This document shows positions 49,809 to 60,223 of a DNA stretch of 64,000 bases, piece after piece (the first letter of the stretch is position 1; the number at the start of each line of letters is the position of its first letter). A program made the position numbers and the translations under genes. The notes beneath the pieces are model-generated. The model was not told the origin of the DNA. It did no database searches and worked only from the letters and a program-made list of their open reading frames with translations. The stretch is from an uncultured cyanobacterium (GTDB lineage: Bacteria > Cyanobacteriota > Cyanobacteriia > PCC-9006 > JAAUQQ01), in the NCBI GenBank assembly GCA_963718615.1, contig OY970368.1, positions 5,376,001 to 5,440,000 on the forward strand, read 5' to 3'.

Positions 49809-49865
49809 GGCGGGCGATGCAGACAGTGCCCTCGATTTTACCGGACTTATCGGAATGGGAGCGGG

Positions 49866-50486
49866 CTAACGGCGAAATTCGGGTTTATGGTCCGAGTCGT
49901 AACACAGGCCATCTTTCCATTGGCGCGTTTTGCCGGTGCAATGGGCTTCGTCTTCGATCCAAGGCAGCGCCGTGGGGTGGAAGGTCTCCTGGGTTTCCTG
50001 GAAGAACCACTCATCCGCCGTCCTGCGGGAGACAAGGGTATAGCAGCCCAGGGCCAAGGTCAAACCTAACAACGTATAGAGCCCGGTCGTGGCCATGCTC
50101 CAATGGGCCTGCTCCCGTCGTAAGCGTTCCTTGGAGCGTCGCTCGGGGCCTGCGAGCACCACGAGATAGAGCCGACGGGGAAACCAGGGCAGGGACCAGC
50201 GTAGATCGATAGCATGTTTGGACGAGCGGGCGATTGCCCGGTTCAAAGCCCTTAGCTGATTTTCGCTAAAGCTTTGGCTATCTTCCCGAGGCATCAGGTC
50301 AAACAACCGCTGGAGCCGGGGATTGAGCGGATGATGCTCTAGGTAAAGGGCATCGTTGAACAGGTCGTCTGAATACTCCTCGGACTCGTCCCTCTGCTCG
50401 GAATGACCGAACAAGGCTTGGTCAGAGGCATCAGAGGCATCAGGGGCGTTAGGATTTTGACGGTGGAAGGGCCGGAAAATTGTCAT
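49866..50486 (-). CDS. Hypothetical membrane protein
   Basis: IDLR.SLP...R.YLV.LAG.ERRS motif, one TM, small Cys-containing C-terminal domain. Confidence 0.6.
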   Translation of the reverse strand: MTIFRPFHRQNPNAPDASDASDQALFGHSEQRDESEEYSDDLFNDALYLEHHPLNPRLQRLFDLMPREDSQSFSENQLRALNRAIARSSKHAIDLRWSLPWFPRRLYLVVLAGPERRSKERLRREQAHWSMATTGLYTLLGLTLALGCYTLVSRRTADEWFFQETQETFHPTALPWIEDEAHCTGKTRQWKDGLCYDSDHKPEFRR

Positions 50487-50639
50487 TGCAGCCTACTACA
50501 TTGCAGCCCAGTGAATCTGGCTAACAGAGGAAAAACAAGGAACGGTAGACCGAATGACACAATGACTCAGGCACGGATACCCCTCGCAATCTAAGTGCGG
50601 GAGGCTCTTTATAAAAGTTACCCATTTTCCAGCCAAACT

Positions 50640-51377
50640 CTATTTTATTTGCTTCGGACAGGACTGAGGCTCGACATCGGGGCACCAGGTTTGGCGGATT
50701 TTATTGAGGATCTCGGGTTGATCGAGGTTGGAACCAGAGATGTCAAGGCTAAAGTTTCCTGGGCGATCGCCCAGGGCAATCAACGCCTCCTGGCTCAAAT
50801 TCTGAGCGCCCTGAAGACGGATCTGAGTCTTTTTCTCCTCGGAAAAATGAAGCCACTGTAGACCACTGCCATGGATGCCTGTACCGCTCAGATCTAACAC
50901 CTCAAGATGGAAATGGTGCAGCGACAGCAAATCAGAATCAGTGACGGGAGATTGGGCCAGATCGATCACCTCTAAATCACGAGATCGGAGCTGTTGCAGT
51001 TGTTTCAGGTGGGGAATCGCCTCATCACTCACGATCAAGCTCAGATGCCAGCGAGAATCCGGGACTTTGACCTTGACTGTACCGACGGCATCCCCAGCGG
51101 AAGTCTCTTCGTAATAGCAGGTAAAGCAATTGCCGTCTTGAATTAATCGCAGTTCCCCTAGGGACGGACCCTCACCAAACCGCAGGGTTCGCCGTTCAGT
51201 TTCGCCCCATCGAGGCCAAACCCCCCAGGCATTCAAGAGCACGACGAGTGTGAAAAGCGCAGGAATACTCATCCCAGCCAGAATGAGAGCCAACCGGGGA
51301 GAAGTTGACTTTGAAGCCTCGATACGATGGTTAGCAGGAGGAGTCATAGAATCTGGACAGTCAAAACTTGCTGACAC
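50640..51377 (-). CDS. Membrane-anchored protein with short leucine-rich repeats
   Basis: One TM; LEVIDLAQSPVTD, LEVLDLSGTGI, LDISGSNL. Confidence 0.55.
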   Translation of the reverse strand: MSASFDCPDSMTPPANHRIEASKSTSPRLALILAGMSIPALFTLVVLLNAWGVWPRWGETERRTLRFGEGPSLGELRLIQDGNCFTCYYEETSAGDAVGTVKVKVPDSRWHLSLIVSDEAIPHLKQLQQLRSRDLEVIDLAQSPVTDSDLLSLHHFHLEVLDLSGTGIHGSGLQWLHFSEEKKTQIRLQGAQNLSQEALIALGDRPGNFSLDISGSNLDQPEILNKIRQTWCPDVEPQSCPKQIK

Positions 51378-52095
51378 ATCAAGGAATGATGGTGTAGTCG
51401 CGATCGCTCAGTAAGTCATCCTCAAACCAAGATGCTTGCTGGTGTTCTGGAGGAGGGCAGGTAAGTTCCATAAGTGTTTTACCGGTGATCAGCGTGATCC
51501 TGCATAGAGGTTTAACGGAACCGTGACAGGGGCTTGCAAAGAGATTCAATCTGGCAAGTCGTCATTCCTGATAAACCGGTTAATTGCTCTTTTGGAACTC
51601 ACAAATCGTCTCTCGCACGCGCACCGAACCACCGCCATGATACAGCTTTGTCAAAGCTCTAACTCGTCATACCCGCGTTTGTGAAGGGGAGGACTATGGC
51701 TCATAAAAAATATCGTATTACTTGACAAATCGTCATAGGTTGAAATTAGCAATATAATAGATTTTCATCGTTAATTTTCATCACCCACTATCACTCACTT
51801 TGGAGTAATTACAGTTATCCAGGGTCGCGGCATCGCCCGGTCTTATCGAATCGATTCTAGACAGATGATGCCTCCCACTCCAGCATAGGAAGGTTTACGG
51901 AGGCACAGCGCCTGGACGAGGGGCCTGAAAACCAGCATTGGTAGCCCCACGACCCAAGACTTTTCCCGAAACCCTTCAGTAGAAAGCGGAAATTGCTACG
52001 ATAGACGCAAAGTTGTATCAAAACAGTCATAGCATTGCGGGTTTTCTCGCCCGTCCTCCTGCCCAAAGACCGATCGCCCACGCTTCGTCAACGCC

Positions 52096-54975
52096 ATGCA
52101 ACGCTTAAATCAGGGCCTCGCAACAGTATTGAGTTGGGGACTGCCGGCCTCTGGGCTGGGGGTCACGCTGCATTTTGTCACGAACGGCGATTGGCAAATG
52201 GCGATCCTCTCTGGCCTCACAACCGTCTTGGTGGGAACCCTGACCCTAGGACGGCGGCTTTTGGATCGGGTGGTCAAGCGATTGGGCGATCGCCTCGACG
52301 AAGAAGCCGATACCTTCGCCGATTGGCTATTTGACCAGGGCAAAGTCTGGCTCAAGCAGCTGTGGTGGAAGCTCACGGCCAACTTCCGCGACCAGTACAA
52401 CACCAGCCTCATCTATCGCTATCGGGACTACCGCACCCAAGGACTGAAGACCCAAGGTCCGTTCGCGCTGGATCTGGAAAGGTTGTTTGTGCCCCTGCGG
52501 CTGCGCCCGGAGAGTGCGAGCCGCATCACTGGCGAAATGATTGGCCGCCCGGACTCAGCAGGAAGCTGGGACATTTGGCAATTTCTGACGGCGATCAAGA
52601 CCCAACCCGCCTTCGATCGCCTCGTGATTCTCGGGGCTCCGGGTTCCGGCAAAACTACGTTGCTGGAGCATCTGGTGTTGGTCTTTGCCAAGGGGACAAG
52701 ACGACGGAAAAATCGGGGGTTACCCAACTATATTCCAGTGTTGCTTTATTTGCGGGATGTGCGCGATCGCCTCGTCGAAGACAATCCCCCAGGACTCCCC
52801 GAGTTGATCGAACAACAGGTTTCCCTTGATGGCCTTACTCCCCCACCGGATTGGTTTAAAGAACAGCTCCAAGATGGCAAGTGCCTCGTCATGCTCGATG
52901 GCCTCGACGAAGTAGCCGACTTGAAACAGCGTAAACAGGTCAGCCAATGGGTCAATCAACAGGTGCGGCTCTATCGCGAAAATCCCTTTATTATCACGTC
53001 TCGTCCTTTTGGCTATTACGACGCACCGCTGGAGGGAATGTCGACCCTTGAAATCAAGGCATTTAGCCTGGAGCAAATGTGTCAGTTTATCTCCAACTGG
53101 TATTTGCAAACGGAGGCCGTGCGTCATCTAGGAAAAATCGATCCAGGGGTGCGCCAAAAGGCCCAAGGTCACGCCGAAGATCTGATTCACCGGATTCAAA
53201 ATACGCCATCCCTTGCCGCCATGGCGCTCAATCCGCTACTGCTGACAATGATTGTGACCGTCCATGCCTATCGGGGCGCGTTGCCAGGGAAACGAGTGGA
53301 ACTTTACGCTGAAATTTGCGACGTCCTCCTGGGGCGGCGGCAGGACAGCAAGGGGGTTCCTGACCTGTTGACCGCAGAACAAAAGCGCCTGGTGCTCCAG
53401 TCCCTCGCCCTCAAGCTAATGAATCGGCGCACGCGAACCTTCCGGCTGTTTGCTGGCAAGGTTTTGATTGAGAAAAATCTGGCCACGGTGGTGGGGAAAG
53501 ACATGGCCGCAGAGGATTTTATTCGACAAATCGAAACCAGCAGCGGGCTTTTGGTGGAACGACATCCAGGGGTTTACGAATTCGCCCACAAAAGCTTTCA
53601 GGAGTATCTAGCGGCGATTCAAATCCGGACGCTCAAACGGGAATATCTGCTCACCCGCAACATTGATGATCCCTGGTGGGAAGAAACCATTCGACTCTAT
53701 GCGGCGCAAAACGATGCCAGTAATTTGATCTGGGCAGCGCTGCAACACAATTCGGTCAAGGCACTTTCGGTTGCCTACGATTGTCTAGAAGAAGCTCAAA
53801 GCGTTAGTCAAGACATGCGCAATGAGTTAGAGGGGCGACTGGGGGCTGGGCTGGAGTCTTCCAAACCGGAAATCTTTGAACTAGCAGCGGAGGTCATGCT
53901 AGAGCGACGGCTCAAACGGATGCTACGCATTGACGAAAACACCGATATTGATTTGCGCTACCTTTCCTGTGCTGAATATCAGCTCTTTTTGGATGAACAA
54001 CGTACCCAAAATCGCTATCTTCAGCCCGATCAATGGGCAGATGTGCGGTTCCCTGCTGGGTCTGCCAAAGCCCCTGTGGTGGGTCTGCGGGCCAGCGATG
54101 CCCAAGCCTTTTGCGCCTGGTTAACCCAGCGCATTAACAGTATCGGTTCGGTTTATGTGGAATCTGGCGTCACCGTCTTTGCGGGACCGATGCAAATGCG
54201 GCTGCCAACGGCCAAGGAGCTGTATACCCATCCGACTCTCGATCTGCCGCTCGAACTGGGTAGTAGTTCGAGCGCTAAAGTAGCGAGTTGGTCAGAACAA
54301 AACCAGAGCCTTCAGGTGACATTTCCCCTCGGGCAGCCTGAGGAGAATCATCCCTTGGCACTGTTGCGTCAGGCGATCGCCAAGCAGCTCATCCAGCAAA
54401 TTCTGCGGGACAGCAATCTGGTTTTTGACCCTATCTTAAAACATGCCTTGGCGCTGAATAATGTGCTGATCTATGATCAAGTAGAACTGCTGGTGGGTTG
54501 TGCGTTGGAGGTGCGGGAGGATCCGCTCCATACCCGCGATCGAGATCTCGCCCTTAAACGTTTGGAGGGACTGGATTTGCACGGACGAGAGGCGGCAGCC
54601 CTGTGCCGCGATCGCGAGTTGCTACTGCGTCTAGCCGAGGAATGGGGCAAAGCCGTCGAACAAAAGGCCATGGCAGCACTCAATCGGAACCCAGCCTATC
54701 GTCAGGCTGGACCGCTGCTGCCTGCTCCAGAGATTTTGTTGGTCTGTTCGTTCTGGCGCATTTTGGCAGAGTTGTATAACGATTTGGGTAAACGACGACG
54801 TTTGCTCAACCGGAATGTAATGGTGCGCCCGGACTGCGAATTTTTGCATCGACAATACCAGGATTATTGTGAAGATGTCTTGCGGTTCTACGGGTTTATG
54901 GCCCTGAAGGAGGAGCGGAGAGCGAGTCGGGTGATCGCCTGGGAGGGACTACGTCTCGTGCGAGCCAAGCGTTGA
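52096..54975 (+). CDS. NACHT-domain NTPase with N-terminal TM segments and a degenerate FGE-sulfatase-like C-terminal region
   Basis: LFVPLRL, GAPGSGKTT, LVMLDGLDE, ITSRP, NPLLLTM, FAHKSFQEYLAA; AEYQLF, PVVG..ASDA.AFC.WL, RLPT. Confidence 0.88.
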   Translation: MQRLNQGLATVLSWGLPASGLGVTLHFVTNGDWQMAILSGLTTVLVGTLTLGRRLLDRVVKRLGDRLDEEADTFADWLFDQGKVWLKQLWWKLTANFRDQYNTSLIYRYRDYRTQGLKTQGPFALDLERLFVPLRLRPESASRITGEMIGRPDSAGSWDIWQFLTAIKTQPAFDRLVILGAPGSGKTTLLEHLVLVFAKGTRRRKNRGLPNYIPVLLYLRDVRDRLVEDNPPGLPELIEQQVSLDGLTPPPDWFKEQLQDGKCLVMLDGLDEVADLKQRKQVSQWVNQQVRLYRENPFIITSRPFGYYDAPLEGMSTLEIKAFSLEQMCQFISNWYLQTEAVRHLGKIDPGVRQKAQGHAEDLIHRIQNTPSLAAMALNPLLLTMIVTVHAYRGALPGKRVELYAEICDVLLGRRQDSKGVPDLLTAEQKRLVLQSLALKLMNRRTRTFRLFAGKVLIEKNLATVVGKDMAAEDFIRQIETSSGLLVERHPGVYEFAHKSFQEYLAAIQIRTLKREYLLTRNIDDPWWEETIRLYAAQNDASNLIWAALQHNSVKALSVAYDCLEEAQSVSQDMRNELEGRLGAGLESSKPEIFELAAEVMLERRLKRMLRIDENTDIDLRYLSCAEYQLFLDEQRTQNRYLQPDQWADVRFPAGSAKAPVVGLRASDAQAFCAWLTQRINSIGSVYVESGVTVFAGPMQMRLPTAKELYTHPTLDLPLELGSSSSAKVASWSEQNQSLQVTFPLGQPEENHPLALLRQAIAKQLIQQILRDSNLVFDPILKHALALNNVLIYDQVELLVGCALEVREDPLHTRDRDLALKRLEGLDLHGREAAALCRDRELLLRLAEEWGKAVEQKAMAALNRNPAYRQAGPLLPAPEILLVCSFWRILAELYNDLGKRRRLLNRNVMVRPDCEFLHRQYQDYCEDVLRFYGFMALKEERRASRVIAWEGLRLVRAKR

Positions 54976-54981
54976 GACAAG

Positions 54982-55878
54982 ATGCCCATGTCCCATGCAC
55001 TTTTTGTCGGCTTAACCACGCTAGATTTAATCTATCTTGTCGAACAGGCCCCCCAAGCTAATCAAAAAGCCGTGGCCCAAAATTTTTGCATGGCAGCAGG
55101 CGGACCTGCCACTAACGCTGCGATCGCCTTCGCCACGCTCCAAAATCACCTCCCCCCATCACTCTCTCCCCCCATCACCCCCCACCTCCTGACCAGCCTC
55201 AGTCAACACCCCCTCGCCCAACTGGCCCAAGCCGATCTCCAAACCCACGGCGTTATTCCCGTTGACCTCACCCCTACGAACTCCGAGCCCCTCCCGCTCT
55301 CCTCGATTTGGGTCCATGCAGGCACGGGCGATCGCACCGTCGTCTCGCTCAATGCCACCCGCGTTCAGGCTTCAGCAGATGCAATTCCTGCCGATATTCT
55401 TGATGATGTCGCGATTGTTCTCATGGATGGACACCAGATGGCCGTTAGCGAAGTCATTGCCCAGGCAGCTCAGGCCAAAGGGATTCCTGTTATTGTCGAT
55501 GGCGGAAGCTGGAAGCCTGGTTTTGAGAGGGTTTTAAGGTATTGTAATGGGGTGATCGCCTCCGCCAATTTCTGCCCTCCTGGCACCCAAACCGAAGCCG
55601 AAGGGGTTCAATTTTTGCAGGCGCTGGGGATTCCGCATATTGCCATTACCCATGGGGCCGGGGCGATTGCCTTTTGGGAAAATGGTCAGGCTGGGTCAAT
55701 TTCGGTTCCAACGATTCAAGCGGTTGATACCCTCGGGGCTGGCGATATTTTCCATGGGGCTTTTTGCCATTTTTGGCTTCAGGAAAACTTGTTTGAGTTG
55801 GCTTTGCAACGGGCTGCGGAGGTGGGGGCGATCGCCTGCCAATCCTTTGGTACCCGAGCTTGGATTCAAGACCTTTAG
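54982..55878 (+). CDS. PfkB family carbohydrate kinase
   Basis: AGGPATNAA, DGGSWK, VDTLGAGDIFHGAF. Confidence 0.92.
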   Translation: MPMSHALFVGLTTLDLIYLVEQAPQANQKAVAQNFCMAAGGPATNAAIAFATLQNHLPPSLSPPITPHLLTSLSQHPLAQLAQADLQTHGVIPVDLTPTNSEPLPLSSIWVHAGTGDRTVVSLNATRVQASADAIPADILDDVAIVLMDGHQMAVSEVIAQAAQAKGIPVIVDGGSWKPGFERVLRYCNGVIASANFCPPGTQTEAEGVQFLQALGIPHIAITHGAGAIAFWENGQAGSISVPTIQAVDTLGAGDIFHGAFCHFWLQENLFELALQRAAEVGAIACQSFGTRAWIQDL

Positions 55879-55971
55879 GCAAGATAACAGATTTACAAGC
55901 ATCATTGCCAGCCAGCAAGAACTGGCAAAAGATTTCTTATAATGGCGTAGCTATTGGTTTGATTTCCCCTA

Positions 55972-56280
55972 ATGACTCACCCGCCCGACTTCCCCCTCAC
56001 CGGCGAAGCCCTGATCAAAGAAACCTGTCGCCGCATTCGCATTGCCCGCAGCTACTGGGACGCCCACAATAACCGCGCTTGCCGAGGCGAACGGGAAAAA
56101 GCCCTTGCTCTGTACAACCAGCTTACCAAAGAACAAAAAGATCAAATTCCCCAGGAACTGCGCGTCTGGCTGCGCTACCGCAGCGAAAAATACTTTGGTG
56201 CACACCGCACCCCTCCCGGTACAGCGCCGAAACGCCAGAGAGCGCAAGCGCAAAAAAAGCGCAAGCCCCGGCAGACCTAG
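55972..56280 (+). CDS. Conserved cyanobacterial hypothetical protein
   Basis: CRRIRIARSYWDAHNNRACR, IPQ.LRVWLRYRSEKYFG. Confidence 0.7.
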   Translation: MTHPPDFPLTGEALIKETCRRIRIARSYWDAHNNRACRGEREKALALYNQLTKEQKDQIPQELRVWLRYRSEKYFGAHRTPPGTAPKRQRAQAQKKRKPRQT

Positions 56281-56423
56281 TATCTTTTGGCAAGGTTAAG
56301 AAAAATGGCAAAGAATTGAGTCAACACAATAACTTTCGTGCAGCTCCTTAACAATTATCCCCCCTCCCCGGATTCTTGCGAAACACTGAAGGCAGATTTC
56401 GATTTATGCCTTGAGAAGATCGT

Positions 56424-57698
56424 ATGGTCACCACCCGCCCTCCCAGCCCCACTCAAACCGTTGCACCCCAGCATCTACACCAATCTCGCGAGACAAACGC
56501 CAGTGACAAGGTAGCCGTCCTCCTCATGGGCTACGGCGAAGTTGAGAGCTACGAAGACTTCGCCAACTACAACGAACAGGCCCTCAATCTCCTCACGGCC
56601 AAGTTTGCCCCCGTCCCCACCTGGGTCTACCCGCCCCTTGCGAAGCTGCTGGCGATCTTTGATCTCCATGAGTGGAGCCATCAGCATGGCAACTTCATCT
56701 CCCCCCACAACCATATCTTTGAGCATCAGCGGGCGGGGATTGAGAAGAACTTGCAGGAGAAATGGGGCGATCGCGTCAAAGTCTTCAAAGCCTTTAACTT
56801 CTGCGCTCCCTTCCTGCCGGAGCAAGTCCTCACCCAGGTCAAAGCCGAAGGCTTCAGCAAGATCTTGATTTATCCGCTGCTGGTGGTCGATTCCATCTTT
56901 ACCAGCGGCATTGCCGTCGAGCAGGTCAACCAGGCGTTACAAAAGCTGAGCGATGCTTCGGAACATTGGGTCAAGGGCATTCGCTATATTCCGTCCTTTT
57001 TTAACCGAGCTGACTACATTAAGTTGCTGGCTCAACAAGTTATTGAAGCGATCCAAGCCAAACTCGCCGTTGCCCATCTGCCCTCCCAAACGGGGATCGT
57101 CCTGATGAACCACGGTTGCCCCCACAAGGCCAAGGGCTTCACCTCCGGGATTGACGAGAGCCAAAAACTTTACGAATTGGTGCGCGAAGAGCTGATCTAT
57201 CGCTATCCGCTGATTTCCGTCGGTTGGCTCAACCACGACACGCCCATGATCGAATGGACCCAGCCCGATGTCACAACCGCTTCCCGCAATCTGATGGACC
57301 TAGGCGCAACAGCCTTGGTTTACATGCCCATCGGCTTTGCCACCGAAAACCACGAAACCCTATTGGACGTGGATCACATCATTGAAGGGCTGCGCAAAAA
57401 ACGCCCGGATGTCACCTATCTGCGAATGAACTGCGTCAACGATGATGCCGAGTTTTTGAAAATGGCGGCCCAATGGGCTAACCCGTTAATTGAACAACTG
57501 CTTGAAGCGGCGGATATGTTGGTGCGGCCTGAGCTGGCTGCCGAGATGCGGGAGCAACTAAGTCATCACCATGCACACCATGATGGCCATGGCCACCACG
57601 AGCATGATGGGCATTCGCATGACGCACATGCTCACCATGAGCATGCTCACAATGGTCATAGCCATAACGGTCATAACCATAACGGTCATAACCACTAA
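56424..57698 (+). CDS. Ferrochelatase-family chelatase with a His-rich C-terminal tail
   Basis: KVAVLLMGYG, ISP, YPL, MNHG, EWTQP, MPIGFATENHETLLDV, CVND; no CAB domain; His-rich tail of about 45 aa. Confidence 0.8.
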   Translation: MVTTRPPSPTQTVAPQHLHQSRETNASDKVAVLLMGYGEVESYEDFANYNEQALNLLTAKFAPVPTWVYPPLAKLLAIFDLHEWSHQHGNFISPHNHIFEHQRAGIEKNLQEKWGDRVKVFKAFNFCAPFLPEQVLTQVKAEGFSKILIYPLLVVDSIFTSGIAVEQVNQALQKLSDASEHWVKGIRYIPSFFNRADYIKLLAQQVIEAIQAKLAVAHLPSQTGIVLMNHGCPHKAKGFTSGIDESQKLYELVREELIYRYPLISVGWLNHDTPMIEWTQPDVTTASRNLMDLGATALVYMPIGFATENHETLLDVDHIIEGLRKKRPDVTYLRMNCVNDDAEFLKMAAQWANPLIEQLLEAADMLVRPELAAEMREQLSHHHAHHDGHGHHEHDGHSHDAHAHHEHAHNGHSHNGHNHNGHNH

Positions 57699-57716
57699 GT
57701 TGTTGGGATTTGTCGG

Positions 57717-58595
57717 TTAGGATTTGCCGGTGGCGATCGCCAAAAACTGCGCCACCGTCGGCGACAAATCCCCCTTGCGCCACACCAGCGAAATCACCGT
57801 TTCCGGCCCTCGCTCCTTCAGCGGTCGGTACACCACCCCCACCCGCCGCAGATTTTGCAACGATTCCGGTACCAGCGCAACCCCAATCTCCGCCGCCACT
57901 AGGCTCACGATGGTTTGCATCTGCACCGCTTCCTGCACGATCTGCGGGCTAAATCCTCCCTGCTGACAGAGCCCAATGATTTGGTCATACAACCCTGGCG
58001 CAAGGGGACGGGGAAACAGCAGAAAAGATTCGGTGGCGAGGTGGGCGATCGCCACCCGTTTCCGTCGGGCCAGGGGATGCTTTTCCGCCAAAGCGACCAC
58101 GAGCGGTTCCCGCAGAATTTCCTCCTGGGCGAGATCAGGGGCGGCGAGCGGCGGACGCACAAAGCCAATATCCAAGCGGTTTTCCTGGAGCCGTTGGACC
58201 TGCACATTGGTCGTCAGCTCCCGTAGAGTTAAATCGATGCCAGGAAACTGAGCCCGAAAGCGCTGGAGCAACGACGGCAGAACGTTATAGGCCGCCGAAC
58301 TGACAAACCCGATCACCAGCTTGCCCTCTTCCCCTCGACTGGTGCGACGTCCTGTGGCGATCGCCCGCTCCAACTGCAAAAAGATTTCCTGCACGCTATC
58401 TAGAAACACCGCCCCTGCTGCCGTCAGTTCAACCGAGCGCCGCGTCCGATAGAACAACTCAAACCCCAACTCTGTTTCTAGTTGCTTAATCTGCTGGCTG
58501 AGGGGCGGCTGGGCAATGTGCAAGCGCTCCGCCGCTCGACCAAAATGCAGCTCCTCAGCAACCGCAACGAAATAGCGAAGATGGCGCAGTTCCAC
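57717..58595 (-). CDS. LysR family transcriptional regulator
   Basis: MELRHLRYFVAVAEELHFGRAAERLHIAQPPLSQQI. Confidence 0.95.
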   Translation of the reverse strand: MELRHLRYFVAVAEELHFGRAAERLHIAQPPLSQQIKQLETELGFELFYRTRRSVELTAAGAVFLDSVQEIFLQLERAIATGRRTSRGEEGKLVIGFVSSAAYNVLPSLLQRFRAQFPGIDLTLRELTTNVQVQRLQENRLDIGFVRPPLAAPDLAQEEILREPLVVALAEKHPLARRKRVAIAHLATESFLLFPRPLAPGLYDQIIGLCQQGGFSPQIVQEAVQMQTIVSLVAAEIGVALVPESLQNLRRVGVVYRPLKERGPETVISLVWRKGDLSPTVAQFLAIATGKS

Positions 58596-58636
58596 AGCGG
58601 TTCCACAATAGAAGCCCTAATAGAAGCCCTAGAAGC

Positions 58637-59143
58637 TCATGAATCAGCATTAGGCCGAGGCGATCGGACCTGAGGCTGAGGCTGAGAACGCTTCCCCACA
58701 GGCCGCTGCCCCGATCGCTGCCGTCGCTTCGCTGCAATCATCCCCCGTTCCACCGGGAAACCCGCCGTAGGAATCACTTGATATTTCCGTGCTTCTTCCA
58801 GCTCCCGCAATTCCTTGTATTCCACCCAGTTAATACAGTCCACCGGGCAAGTATCGATCGCTTCTTGAATCAAATCTTCACTATCGCCATCCTGGCGAAC
58901 CACCCGCGCGCGGCCATAATCCGGTTCAATAAAAAACGTATTGCGGGCCACATGGGCACAGTGCCGACAGCCAATACAGGTGACTTCATCAACATAGACC
59001 CCGCGCTGACGGAGCATACTGCCTAGCTCTGGTTCCAGCCCCGTCCGCTCTTCGCCGCCGCGCAAAACTCCCCCTAGCTCGGGTTCTAGTTGCGATCGCT
59101 CCAAGTCAGGCGGCTGAGGGACAAAAAATCCAGGATCAGTCAT
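58637..59143 (-). CDS. Ferredoxin (Fer4_13-like)
   Basis: VYVDEVTCIGCRHC, AIDTCPVDCI. Confidence 0.88.
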   Translation of the reverse strand: MTDPGFFVPQPPDLERSQLEPELGGVLRGGEERTGLEPELGSMLRQRGVYVDEVTCIGCRHCAHVARNTFFIEPDYGRARVVRQDGDSEDLIQEAIDTCPVDCINWVEYKELRELEEARKYQVIPTAGFPVERGMIAAKRRQRSGQRPVGKRSQPQPQVRSPRPNADS

Positions 59144-59206
59144 GACGTAAAGTCCAGACAAGGTCAAAGGGACAGGGTTTGCCCTATCCCCACCGAAAAA
59201 CAAAAC

Positions 59207-59593
59207 CTAACCGTTCCAGCGCTGAACCACCAGACGAACAGAACCGTCTTGATTCTTCACCTGTTCAGCCACCTGAAAGCCCTGCTCGGCGGTTGCCTTG
59301 AGCACGGTATCCATCGCATAATGCTGGGTCACTTGGCTAAGAAAGCGATTGACGGTCAGTGGCTGCTGCCAATACTGCAAATCCGCAACCAATTCGTATT
59401 CCTGACCATTCCAGCTAAAGCCCACGTCATAGCCATTGTCTTGCTCGATCACCACTTCCGCCGTTTGGGTCTGACCCTGGTAACCGCGAACTGGCTGAGG
59501 ACCGGCTTTCCAGTCTACGCCCAGAACCGAGAGCGCTGACTGAAGGGAATCCAGATTACGAATCTGCGTTTTGATCGTGCTGAAGTGTGACAT
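59207..59593 (-). CDS. ycf35: Ycf35 / DUF1257 protein
   Basis: MSHFSTIKT, VRGYQG, GF.WNG..YELVADL.YW, LVVQRW. Confidence 0.9.
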   Translation of the reverse strand: MSHFSTIKTQIRNLDSLQSALSVLGVDWKAGPQPVRGYQGQTQTAEVVIEQDNGYDVGFSWNGQEYELVADLQYWQQPLTVNRFLSQVTQHYAMDTVLKATAEQGFQVAEQVKNQDGSVRLVVQRWNG

Positions 59594-59701
59594 AGCCAGA
59601 TGTTTGGGTAAGGGTGCAAAGGATTTTAAAGAACTAAAAACGGGGTTCTACAGAGGTGGACGAATACTCCCCAAGGGTGACTCCCAAGGGTAATCCCAAA
59701 C

Positions 59702-59920
59702 TCACCACTGGGACGCCGTTGCTTGAGAGCTCACTTGGTCGGTGACCTCTACTTTAGCCTCAGCGAAAAACTCGGAGGTAGGACTTTGGTCTACCACTCG
59801 GCCTAGCTGAGCTTCGATCGCCGCAGTAACCTCGGCGCAGGTGCGACCGACAATGCCAGTCACTTTTTCCTCGACACGGCCATCGGGATGAATGATGAAC
59901 TCTAGGGTTTCCATACTCAT
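59702..59920 (-). CDS. DUF2997 protein
   Basis: LEFII.PDGRV.EKVTGIVG..C.EVT..IE..LG; usual neighbour of ycf35. Confidence 0.85.
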   Translation of the reverse strand: MSMETLEFIIHPDGRVEEKVTGIVGRTCAEVTAAIEAQLGRVVDQSPTSEFFAEAKVEVTDQVSSQATASQW

Positions 59921-60223
59921 AGGCTGGGCGAGTAACGATCGCAAGACAATTGAAGGGCGAGAATTCTTAACAAAATATAAAGTTTATTAAGGATTGAACC
60001 GTGGAGCCATTCGCGACTTTTGCTTGCTGAATGGGTCAGCAATGCTCGAAAATCAACGGATTTTAGCTAAACCAACGGCTGCTTGCCCAGACTAAAAAAA
60101 GTTGGATTATGAGACCATATCGTAGCAGCAACTCTCAGATTTTGCATAACTCTGTGGCTAAAGACAAAGAAATGTAAAGAGAATGAGAACTGCGTAAATT
60201 GATTCCATAGAAGATTTCAATCC

